Source: Candidatus Falkowbacteria bacterium (lineage in GTDB: Bacteria > Patescibacteriota > Patescibacteriia > Patescibacteriales > UBA12465). From it: DNA of 55,949 bases. The notes beneath the pieces are model-generated. The model ran no database searches and was not told the origin of the DNA. It was given only the letters and a program-made list of their open reading frames with translations. Positions 30,555 to 38,898 of the stretch are shown here, piece by piece. The position numbers and the translations under genes were made by a program. Where the stretch lies: positions 1-55,949 of the forward strand of contig JAACPL010000007.1 of the NCBI GenBank assembly GCA_009995495.1. The letters run 5' to 3'. Position 1 is the stretch's first letter. Each line of letters begins with the position of its first letter.

Positions 30555-30938
30555 TTAGTTTCTCCTTCGTTCGTTCGAGGGAGTTTTATTTTCCAATCCC
30601 TTTTTCCAACCACCGAGCATGCGCCCGATTTCATCAAGTTGTTCAGATAAGGCAGAGTATTTTATATTAGCAAGACACTTATTTTCCCAAGCCAGTTGTA
30701 AAAAAAATTTTAAGCTGTCTAACTTTAAAATGGCTATTGATAATTGAGCCGATTTCCTTTCCCCAGACAAATATACTGTTATAAAAGTATTTTCCAAAAG
30801 TGATAAAAAATTATTTTCAATTTTCCCTCCTAAATTGTAGCGATAAATTTTAGGAAAACTACTCAAGACACTAAACCAAAGACTATAAGCTTCTTTTGTT
30901 TTGATGAGAACTACTGGCGGTCTAAGTGATGCATTCAT
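30555..30938 (-). CDS. avd: DGR accessory variability determinant (four-helix bundle)
   Basis: FPKIYRYNLGGKIE, LKFFLQLAWE, EIGRMLGGW. Confidence 0.9.
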   Translation of the reverse strand: MNASLRPPVVLIKTKEAYSLWFSVLSSFPKIYRYNLGGKIENNFLSLLENTFITVYLSGERKSAQLSIAILKLDSLKFFLQLAWENKCLANIKYSALSEQLDEIGRMLGGWKKGLENKTPSNERRRN

Positions 30939-30947
30939 AAATTTATA

Positions 30948-31943
30948 ATGAAAAAATTTATTAAAACTTACAGTGAAATTGTTACTATTTCTAATTTACT
31001 TTTAGCTTGGGAAGAGTTTCTTGTTGGAAAAAAGAAACGAAGGGATGTGGTTATTTTTCAGGGGCGACTGATGAATAATATTTTTAACCTCTATCATGAT
31101 TTAAAAGAAAAAAATTATTGCCACAGTGATTATCAAGCTTTTAAAATTTCAGATCCTAAACCCAGAAATATTCATAAGGCCATAGTTCGCGACAGGCTAC
31201 TCCACCACTTACTTTACCAAGAAACTTATCAGTATTTTGACCAACAATTTATTTACGACTCTTATTCTTGTCGTCTAAACAAAGGTACTCATCGCGCTAT
31301 TAGTCGTTTGGCTGAGTTTAAAGATAAAGTTTCGGAGAATAATTATAAAACAGTTTGGGTTCTTAAATGTGATATTAAAAAATTTTTTGCCAGCATTAAT
31401 CATAAAATTTTAAAGAATATTTTAGTTAAGTATATTGAGGATCGGGACTTGCTTTGGTTGTTTGGACAAGTGATTGATAGTTTTAATACGCCTGGAAAAA
31501 TTGGCATCGGACTACCATTGGGAAATCTGACCTCGCAGTTATTAGTTAATATTTACATGAATGAATTTGATCAATTTGTTAAACGGACTTTAAAAATAAA
31601 ATACTATCTTCGCTATGCAGACGACTTTTTATTTTTAAAGGATAATAAAGAAGAATTAATTTCTTTGCGAACAAAATTAGAAATATTTTTAAATGAACAC
31701 TTATGCCTGACGCTACATCCAAATAAAACTTTTTTAAAAACCATAGCCAGTGGTGTTGATTTTTTGGGTTGGGTACAATTTTCTGAACATAGAACCCTGA
31801 GAACGATAACGAAGCGACGCATGTTTAAAAAAATTAAACAGAATAATAAGCCAGCGACCAAGGCTTCTTATTTGGCAATGTTAAAACATGGCAATGCTCA
31901 TAAGTTAACCAAAGTGGCTGGTTTAGTTAACGAAAAATTATAA
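30948..31943 (+). CDS. DGR-type reverse transcriptase
   Basis: RDRLLHH, SCRLNKGTH, KCDIKKFF, GLPLGNLTSQ, RYADDF, GVDFLG; no intron maturase/endonuclease tail. Confidence 0.93.
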   Translation: MKKFIKTYSEIVTISNLLLAWEEFLVGKKKRRDVVIFQGRLMNNIFNLYHDLKEKNYCHSDYQAFKISDPKPRNIHKAIVRDRLLHHLLYQETYQYFDQQFIYDSYSCRLNKGTHRAISRLAEFKDKVSENNYKTVWVLKCDIKKFFASINHKILKNILVKYIEDRDLLWLFGQVIDSFNTPGKIGIGLPLGNLTSQLLVNIYMNEFDQFVKRTLKIKYYLRYADDFLFLKDNKEELISLRTKLEIFLNEHLCLTLHPNKTFLKTIASGVDFLGWVQFSEHRTLRTITKRRMFKKIKQNNKPATKASYLAMLKHGNAHKLTKVAGLVNEKL

Positions 31944-32024
31944 CATTTTTTGACAATTAACGCAATAAATATTATAGAGTCGCCTGCCCTTGACTTTTTC
32001 ATAAACATTAGCTAGGCTTGAAGG

Positions 32025-32147
32025 GTAAAAAGAATATTTTAATATCTTTCCCAAAACTGAAGCAATTCAGTTAAGTTCCCTTGAAACAAAGTGGAGCTAA
32101 AGGTATTTCTTAACCCCAACGTTTTAGGAAATACTTGGGGTTTTTAT
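32025..32147 (+). ncRNA. Candidate structured RNA or leader upstream of rpsF
   Basis: TTGACT-N17-TAGGCT promoter at 31990-32018, consecutive hairpins, possible pseudoknot or terminator. Confidence 0.5.
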
Positions 32148-32243
32148 TTAATATTTAATAAAAATTTAAAATATAAATAAAAGGAAAGGCTTTAGAAATT
32201 ATTTAAATTTTTTTTAAGTAATATTCAGGGCTAATCCTATAAA

Positions 32244-32783
32244 ATGATTATGTCAAAAACCAAGAAGACCGGTGCCGGTCATTATGAAATCTTGTTCATT
32301 GTTCCTAATAAATTTACTGAAGATGAGGCGAAAAAAATCGCTACTAAGGTTGACGCAATGATTGTTGAGACTGAGGGGAAAGTAACTTTCAGTGAATTTT
32401 GGGGAAAAAAGAAATTAGCCTATAAGATTAAAAATAACGAATACGGCTATTATGGTCTATTTGAATTTGATCTAGAAAAGGAGAATTTGGCTAAAATTGA
32501 TAACAATCTTCGTTTATCAACTGAGATTTTACGTCACCAAATCGTTATTAAGAAAATAAAAACTGAAGCTGAATTAAAACGAGAGGAAGAAATTCGCGTT
32601 AAAATTGATTCTAAAAAAGCCAAAGAAGTAAAAGTTGAAAAAACGGGGGTAAAAAAGGATTTTAAAGAAGAAAAAACTGATAAAACTACCAGCGTGAAAA
32701 AAGCCGTTGCTTCAAAGAGCTCTGGCTTAAAAGAGTTGGATGAAAAATTAGAAGGAATCCTTAATGCCGACGATTTAATTTAA
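32244..32783 (+). CDS. rpsF: 30S ribosomal protein S6 (long charged C-tail)
   Basis: YEILFIV, WGKKKLAYKI, ILRH; first gene of rpsF-ssb-rpsR. Confidence 0.95.
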   Translation: MIMSKTKKTGAGHYEILFIVPNKFTEDEAKKIATKVDAMIVETEGKVTFSEFWGKKKLAYKIKNNEYGYYGLFEFDLEKENLAKIDNNLRLSTEILRHQIVIKKIKTEAELKREEEIRVKIDSKKAKEVKVEKTGVKKDFKEEKTDKTTSVKKAVASKSSGLKELDEKLEGILNADDLI

Positions 32784-32833
32784 TTTAACAAAAAGTTAAA
32801 GTTTTTTAATAAGCTTATAACTTAAATAAATTT

Positions 32834-33301
32834 ATGAATCTTAATAAAGCTATGATAATTGGTAATCTAACTAGAGACCCGGAAGTTAGAAATACAACAA
32901 CTGGGCAAATAGTTGCTTCCTTTTCAGTTGCAACTAATTTAGTTTGGACCGATCAATCCGGACAACAACAAAAGAAAGTTGAATTCCACAACATTATCGC
33001 TTGGCGTCGTTTAGCAGAAATTTGTTCAAAATATCTTCACAAGGGTTCTAAGGTTTATCTTGAAGGCCGTCTCCAAACAACTGATTGGACCGGACAAGAT
33101 GGAGTGAAAAGATATAAAACAGAAATTGTTGCTGAAAATATGATTATGCTTGATAATAAGGGCGGTTCAGGAAATTTTGAAGGCGCTAATGGTGGACAAA
33201 ATTATCAAGGCGGACAAAACTCAGCTCGCGAAGAAGTAATTGAAATTCCTGAGGAAAGTATTGACGACGAAGAAATAAAAGTTGAAAATATTCCTTTTTA
33301 A
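32834..33301 (+). CDS. ssb: Single-stranded DNA-binding protein
   Basis: NKAMIIGNLTRDPE, C-terminal IPF. Confidence 0.97.
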   Translation: MNLNKAMIIGNLTRDPEVRNTTTGQIVASFSVATNLVWTDQSGQQQKKVEFHNIIAWRRLAEICSKYLHKGSKVYLEGRLQTTDWTGQDGVKRYKTEIVAENMIMLDNKGGSGNFEGANGGQNYQGGQNSAREEVIEIPEESIDDEEIKVENIPF

Positions 33302-33369
33302 TAATTAAATAAAGAAAATAATAAAGAGCAAAAATTCTGATTTCAGATTTTTGCTGCAAAACAAATACT

Positions 33370-33582
33370 ATGGCTACTAAAAAAGCAAAAGAATGTTATT
33401 TTTGTGTTAACAACCTAGAAGTTGACTACAAAGATATTAGAACTTTAAGAAAGTTCATTAATTTCTACATGAAAATCTTACCTGGTTCAAGAACTGGAGT
33501 TTGTGCTTGGCACCAAAGAAAATTAGCAACCGCTATTAAACGTGCTCGCGTCATGTCTTTATTAGCAGCAACTCATAAATAA
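33370..33582 (+). CDS. rpsR: 30S ribosomal protein S18
   Basis: CYFC, DYKD, HQRKLATAIKRAR. Confidence 0.96.
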   Translation: MATKKAKECYFCVNNLEVDYKDIRTLRKFINFYMKILPGSRTGVCAWHQRKLATAIKRARVMSLLAATHK

Positions 33583-33645
33583 ATTTAAGAGTTCTTCTAA
33601 TAAAATTTAAGCTCGGCGCTTAAGGCCGAAATTAAACATAAATTT

Positions 33646-34203
33646 ATGCTTAGTTTTAACGAAATAAAATCAGGAAGAGTTATCAAGGTAAATGACGAAC
33701 CATATATCATTATTAAAACAGATCATCATAAAATGGGTCGTGGCGGGGCAGTTTTAAAAACAAAATGTCGTAATTTAATTAATGGTAATGTTTTAGAACG
33801 AACTTATCAAGGGGCTGATAAGGCCGAAGAAGCGGAGACTGAAACTAAGAAAGCTAACTTTATGTATAAAGATAAAGACGAGGCTTTTTTTATGGACAAT
33901 GCTAGCTTTGAGCAATTTAGTTTGCATGTTGATGAAATCGGTTCCCAGGTTAAGTTTTTAAAAGATAATACTGATGTTGATGTTTTATATTTTGAAGGAA
34001 AGCCGGTGACTGTTAGTTTGCCGATTAAAATGGAATTCAAAGTTATTAGTGCTCCTCCTGGAGTTAAGGGAAATTCGGTAGGTAATGTTAATAAAACTGT
34101 GCAACTTGAAACGGGCGCTGAAATTAACGTGCCGATGTTTATTAACGAAGGCGATATTATTCGGGTCAATACGGAAAACGAAGAATATGTAGAAAGAGCT
34201 TAG
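33646..34203 (+). CDS. efp: Elongation factor P
   Basis: HHKMGRGGA loop, PGVKGNS, LETGAEINVPMFINEGD. Confidence 0.95.
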   Translation: MLSFNEIKSGRVIKVNDEPYIIIKTDHHKMGRGGAVLKTKCRNLINGNVLERTYQGADKAEEAETETKKANFMYKDKDEAFFMDNASFEQFSLHVDEIGSQVKFLKDNTDVDVLYFEGKPVTVSLPIKMEFKVISAPPGVKGNSVGNVNKTVQLETGAEINVPMFINEGDIIRVNTENEEYVERA

Positions 34204-34210
34204 CTTTTTT

Positions 34211-34245
34211 AACCGCCCGGGCCTCTTGGTCGGGGCGGTTTTTTT
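34211..34245 (+). terminator. Intrinsic terminator after efp
   Basis: AACCGCCC...GGGGCGGTT plus T-run. Confidence 0.8.
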
Positions 34246-34306
34246 AAAAGGCTCAAGGTCGCAAGATTACAAGAAGCTTTTTGTTTTATATGATATAATT
34301 TTAATT

Positions 34307-35734
34307 ATGGAAATCTTAATCGCTTCATTTTTAATAGTTTTTTGCTTTCTTTCTTGGCGAAGACTTGAGACAGGTTTATTTTTTATTGCCGCTCTATTAC
34401 CGACTTATTTAATTCGTTTTCAGATTTTAGGCTTGCCTTTGACTTTGCTTGAGTTAATGATTTTAATAATTTTTGCGATTTGGTTTTTTAAGGAATGGCC
34501 GGAGTTAAAAAAACGATTGAAACTTGTCTTGGCTGGATTTAAAAATAAAAAGAACGATAAAGATGGAATTGAAAAAACTAATTATCCTTTTTGGCGGGAA
34601 ATAATTTTGCTTTTAATTATTTCCTTTGTTTCTTTAGCGGTCGCCGACTTTTCTTTAGCCGCTTTAGGCATTTGGAAAGCTTATTTTCTTGAACCAGTTT
34701 TATTATTCATTGTTGCGGTTAATGTTTTATCAACTAATAAAAAACGAGAACGAATATTTTTAGCTCTTGCACTTTCGGTTCTTTCAATTTCCTTAGTCGC
34801 AATTTATCAAAAACTAAGCGGACAGTTTATTGCCAATGATTTTTGGGCGGCGAGTGAAAGCCGTCGAGTTGTTTCTTGGTTTAGCTATCCGAATGCCGTT
34901 GGTTTATTCTTAGCTCCTTTGATTGTTTTATTTAGTGGAGTTTTTTATTCCTTACCAAGATTAACTAATTTGTCTGGAGCGTTTAAAAAAATTGGAATTT
35001 TAATCGTTATAATTTTAGGAGCCCTATCAATTTTTTTCGCTCGCTCAGACGGCGGTTTGATCGCGGTTTTAGTTGCTCTCTTTCTGATTGCTTTCTTAGC
35101 TGATAGGAAGAAGAGAATTATCGCTCTTAGTCTAGCGGGAATTTTTCTTATTTTTGCTTTTCTTTACGCGCCTTTAGGTGATGGTCTTGTTAATCATCTT
35201 GGTTTTAAAAATTTATCAGGGCAAATAAGACTACAACAATGGGAGGAAACGATGGAAACTTTAAAGGGCCCAGCTTTTTTACTCGGTAATGGTTTAAGTG
35301 GTTATCAAGAGGCGGTTAAGCCATATCATCAAGAAGGAATATTTTTTAATTATGACGGTTTAGAAAATTTTGACGCCGTTGTTTGGGCCTCTTCTACTTT
35401 AAGAGAAAAATATTGGCAACCGGTTGAAATTTATCTTTATCCCCATAATATATTTTTAAATTTTTGGACGGAACTAGGTTTAATTGGAGCGCTATTATTT
35501 TTATTTATTTTAATTAAGGCGAGCATAATTGCTTTCAAACTTTTTAAACATTATAAACGAGAAAATAGTTCTCATCGTTATTTAGCCCTTGGTCTTTTAG
35601 GAGCTTTGATCGCGATTTTTGTTCACGGCTTAGTTGATGTGCCGTATTTTAAAAATGATTTAGCCGCTTTATTTTTCTTATTACTTGCGATTTTAGGGAC
35701 AATGAAAATTGAAAGTGAAAGTGAAAGAAAGTAG
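34307..35734 (+). CDS. O-antigen ligase family membrane protein
   Basis: YPNAVGLFL, R...W, YPHNIFLNFWTELGLIG, HGLVDVPYFKND; start taken at ATG 34307. Confidence 0.85.
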   Translation: MEILIASFLIVFCFLSWRRLETGLFFIAALLPTYLIRFQILGLPLTLLELMILIIFAIWFFKEWPELKKRLKLVLAGFKNKKNDKDGIEKTNYPFWREIILLLIISFVSLAVADFSLAALGIWKAYFLEPVLLFIVAVNVLSTNKKRERIFLALALSVLSISLVAIYQKLSGQFIANDFWAASESRRVVSWFSYPNAVGLFLAPLIVLFSGVFYSLPRLTNLSGAFKKIGILIVIILGALSIFFARSDGGLIAVLVALFLIAFLADRKKRIIALSLAGIFLIFAFLYAPLGDGLVNHLGFKNLSGQIRLQQWEETMETLKGPAFLLGNGLSGYQEAVKPYHQEGIFFNYDGLENFDAVVWASSTLREKYWQPVEIYLYPHNIFLNFWTELGLIGALLFLFILIKASIIAFKLFKHYKRENSSHRYLALGLLGALIAIFVHGLVDVPYFKNDLAALFFLLLAILGTMKIESESERK

Positions 35735-35761
35735 GTGTGTTTAAAAAATAATAAAACAAAA

Positions 35762-36502
35762 ATGAAAATAGTTTTACAAAAATTGATTGCCGAATCTGGA
35801 AAATGTTCAAGACGCCAAGCCGAAGATTTAATTCGGTCGGGAAAAGTTTTGCTTAATGGCGAAGAAGCTTTTTTGGGACAAAGAGCGGAGGCCGGAGTTG
35901 ATGTGGTTGAAGTTGAGGGAGAGATTTTAGGCGAGGCTAGAGACTTTATTTATTTAAAATTTAATAAGCCGGCGGGATATGTCTCAACAACCGCGAGTTT
36001 TCCGAATGAAAAAAGTATTTTTGAACTTGTGAACCTTGATGAAAAATTATTTCCGGTTGGTCGCTTAGATAAAGATAGTCGTGGATTAATGTTGTTAACT
36101 AATGATGGCGGTTTAGCACAAAAACTAAGTCACCCGCGTTATGAACATGAAAAAATTTATGAAGCGCGCGTTAAATTCGTTGGTAAAAGTTTTGGAGACG
36201 ATAGAGAGGCTGAATTAGCGCCGGAGCGAGTTGTGAGATTAATGGAAAAAGGTTTTGATATTGGCGAGGGGGACGGTTTAGCGCGGGCAAAAAAAGTTGA
36301 ATGTCTACAATATGGATTTTTTAGAATAACTTTAACCGAAGGAAAGAAGCGTCAAATTAGACGGATGTTTATGGAATTAGGTTTTAAGATTTTAGATTTG
36401 AAACGGGTTGAGTTAGCGGGATTAAAAATAGCTGGATTACCAGAAGGCTCTTGGGATTATTTGAGTGAGGAAGAGCTTAGTGATTTGAAGAGGGGGGCTT
36501 AG
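35762..36502 (+). CDS. rRNA pseudouridine synthase (RsuA/RluB family)
   Basis: S4 domain SRRQAEDLI, PVGRLDKDSRGL, EGKKRQIRRM. Confidence 0.93.
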   Translation: MKIVLQKLIAESGKCSRRQAEDLIRSGKVLLNGEEAFLGQRAEAGVDVVEVEGEILGEARDFIYLKFNKPAGYVSTTASFPNEKSIFELVNLDEKLFPVGRLDKDSRGLMLLTNDGGLAQKLSHPRYEHEKIYEARVKFVGKSFGDDREAELAPERVVRLMEKGFDIGEGDGLARAKKVECLQYGFFRITLTEGKKRQIRRMFMELGFKILDLKRVELAGLKIAGLPEGSWDYLSEEELSDLKRGA

Positions 36503-36536
36503 TTGTTTGGAAATAAATCTTAGTAATTAAGATAAG

Positions 36537-36623
36537 GGAGACTTGCCAGAGTGGTTGAATGGGACACTCTCGAAAAGTGTTGTGCTCGCAAGGGCACCCA
36601 GGGTTCGAATCCCTGAGTCTCCG
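36537..36623 (+). tRNA. tRNA-Ser(CGA)
   Basis: GGAGACT acceptor, ACACT-CT CGA AA-AGTGT, long variable arm. Confidence 0.95.
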
Positions 36624-36626
36624 CAG

Positions 36627-36853
36627 GAGATAAAACAAAGAATGAAACTTTTGTTTCAGTCTTTGTTTTAGCTTCTTGAAAAGAAGCTGAGGGTTCGAAC
36701 TGGTTGGAAGCGAGACGCGAGAGAGGGCGGAAGCCCGAAAGAGCGAACGAGCGTCGGACGACTTGCCGGGGGCAAGTCGGACGCCAACCCTGGACAAGCG
36801 AACGAGGCGCTTGCCGGCGCTGAGTGAGGGCGAAAATCCCTGAGTCTCCGCAG
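36627..36853. mobile_element. Small non-coding element bounded by a 19-bp duplication of the tRNA 3' end
   Basis: AATCCCTGAGTCTCCGCAG at 36608-36626 and 36835-36853; GC-rich hairpins inside. Confidence 0.65.
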
Positions 36854-36958
36854 TTTTCAATAGGCTTAAATATAGGATATTTTTTAAATAATTTAAATTT
36901 TGGAACAATTGTGATGCAATATATTTATAATAAATATATAAATAATTATAATTATTTT

Positions 36959-38530
36959 ATGAAAAAGTATTTTTCTACTCTTTCAATAAACGTTTTACTT
37001 TTATTGGTTTTTGTTATTAGTCTACTTTTACTAACAAGTTTTGGGGCGCAGGCAGGTAAAGAAATTATTGTTTCTTATAGCAAAGAAATTGTTCCAAAAA
37101 ATAATAGTGGTCGGATTTTTTGGAATACAAACACTAAGGCTAATTGTGAAGTTCTGCTTGGTGCCGAACCAAATTTAAGTGATGCTGTTGTTTTTAAAGG
37201 TTATATGGGAAATGAAAATATTGATACTGAAACTGGGCCACAATCCTTTGTTGCCCTGTTATCTAATGTGTCTCCTGGTGTTAATTATTATCAAATTCGT
37301 TGTATTGATGATAATGGCATACTTATCGATGAAACTGATATTGAAGAAATAACAAACACACAAATTGATACCAGCAAAATGATTATTGATAGTGTTCGAG
37401 CTACTCATGTTACCGCGACTTCAGCCAACATCTATATGCACACAAACAATCGGTATGATTGTAAAGTTGAATATAGTGATTTATCTGGCAACAGTGGTAG
37501 TGAGGAGGGGATTTTAAATCAGTCGGCCAATCCGGATAATGGAGAATATTTTATATACACTGCTATGGTAAGAGATTTGAAGGCTAGTACAAGATACGAT
37601 TATAAAATTGTTTGTAATGATGCTAACAATATTATTGAGAGTAAAAATTATGCTTTTTATACACAAATGCATAATGAGGATATAGTTATTAGTGATATAG
37701 ACTTGGTTCACGTTTCTGATAGTTCGGTAAAAATAAGCTGGAAAACAAATATGGATACATCTTATAATTATGTAATGTTTTATAATCAAAATTCACGGAC
37801 AGGAAGAGGGTATTATGAAGATAAGAATCAATTTAAAAAGGAGCATGAAGTTATTATTCCTGACCTATTAACTACAGGTTCTTATGAATATTCTATATAT
37901 TCTGGATTGTTAGAGGGCGGTAGCGTATATGCCATGACTGAGTATTTTGGTGTTTCTGATAACGTTGGCCCTACATTAAATAACCCGAATGTTAATCGAG
38001 GAGCTATTGACGCAACTGAGGTTGTAAAAGTTGATAAGGAATTTAGTCAAAAGTTGGCTGGAAAAATATTGCTTCAAGTTGAATCTCGTGGTGAGGCTTA
38101 TTATGTTAATCCTAAAGATAATAAGAAGTATTATATGTCTGATGGAAAATCAGCTTTTAGTATAATGAGAAATCTTGGCACAGGAATAAGTAATAACGAT
38201 CTTAATAAAATTCCTGTAGTCCGTAATTCTATTGATAGTTTAGAAAAAATAGACTCGGATGGTGATGGCTATAATGATAAGCAGGAATTACTAAATGGCT
38301 ATAATCCAAATGGTGCTGGTAAATTAATGTTAGATGCGTCTTTTAGTAATAAAAATAGAGGAAGAATTTTTTTACAAGTTGAATCACGCGGCGAGGCTTG
38401 GTATATTAACCCTAGTGATGGTTTAAGATATTATTTAGGAACGCCTAATGATGCATTTAATATTATGAGACAATTAGGATTAGGAATAACTAATATAAAC
38501 TTAAATAAGATTGCCACTGCCAAAAACTAA
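36959..38530 (+). CDS. Secreted/surface protein with FN3-like repeats and duplicated C-terminal motif
   Basis: Signal peptide; G[KR]I[LF]LQVESRGEA[YW]Y[VI]NP twice around DSDGDGYNDKQE; start taken at ATG 36959. Confidence 0.8.
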   Translation: MKKYFSTLSINVLLLLVFVISLLLLTSFGAQAGKEIIVSYSKEIVPKNNSGRIFWNTNTKANCEVLLGAEPNLSDAVVFKGYMGNENIDTETGPQSFVALLSNVSPGVNYYQIRCIDDNGILIDETDIEEITNTQIDTSKMIIDSVRATHVTATSANIYMHTNNRYDCKVEYSDLSGNSGSEEGILNQSANPDNGEYFIYTAMVRDLKASTRYDYKIVCNDANNIIESKNYAFYTQMHNEDIVISDIDLVHVSDSSVKISWKTNMDTSYNYVMFYNQNSRTGRGYYEDKNQFKKEHEVIIPDLLTTGSYEYSIYSGLLEGGSVYAMTEYFGVSDNVGPTLNNPNVNRGAIDATEVVKVDKEFSQKLAGKILLQVESRGEAYYVNPKDNKKYYMSDGKSAFSIMRNLGTGISNNDLNKIPVVRNSIDSLEKIDSDGDGYNDKQELLNGYNPNGAGKLMLDASFSNKNRGRIFLQVESRGEAWYINPSDGLRYYLGTPNDAFNIMRQLGLGITNINLNKIATAKN

Positions 38531-38898
38531 AGGGATGGGTTAAGGTACTAATAAAGTTCCAAGACTGTCCTACCCTCTCCGTCAGGAGATAAATTAAAAG
38601 ACAAAAAAATGTTTTATAATTAACACTATCATATGTCAATCAAAAACAAGCCTCTTAAAATATCAAAATTTCCGGAGATTGTTAGGATGATAAAGAAAGA
38701 TTTAGATTTATAAAACTTATCTTTCTTTCTTTTATAATTCACTCTTCTCTAATATTTAATCTTTTTTACGTTTTGCTAATAAATATTTGACTTTTATATT
38801 AATTAGCAATACTATGTATATTTTTTCTAGCAAAAAATATGCTTTCAAAAAAGCTTTTTTATTATTGCTAATTAACTTATTTATTATTAATTTAGAAT

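Noticed and set aside
30413..30670. 85-aa ORF over the TR as a protein
   Set aside because: The Asn-rich open frame is the expected signature of a TR, and its 3' half is antisense to avd.
30948..31943. Group II intron, retron or CRISPR-associated RT
   Set aside because: Short RT with no intron domains or cas genes; adjacent Avd and TR indicate a DGR.
36477..36908. 143-aa minus-strand ORF
   Set aside because: Antisense shadow of tRNA-Ser and the GC-rich element.
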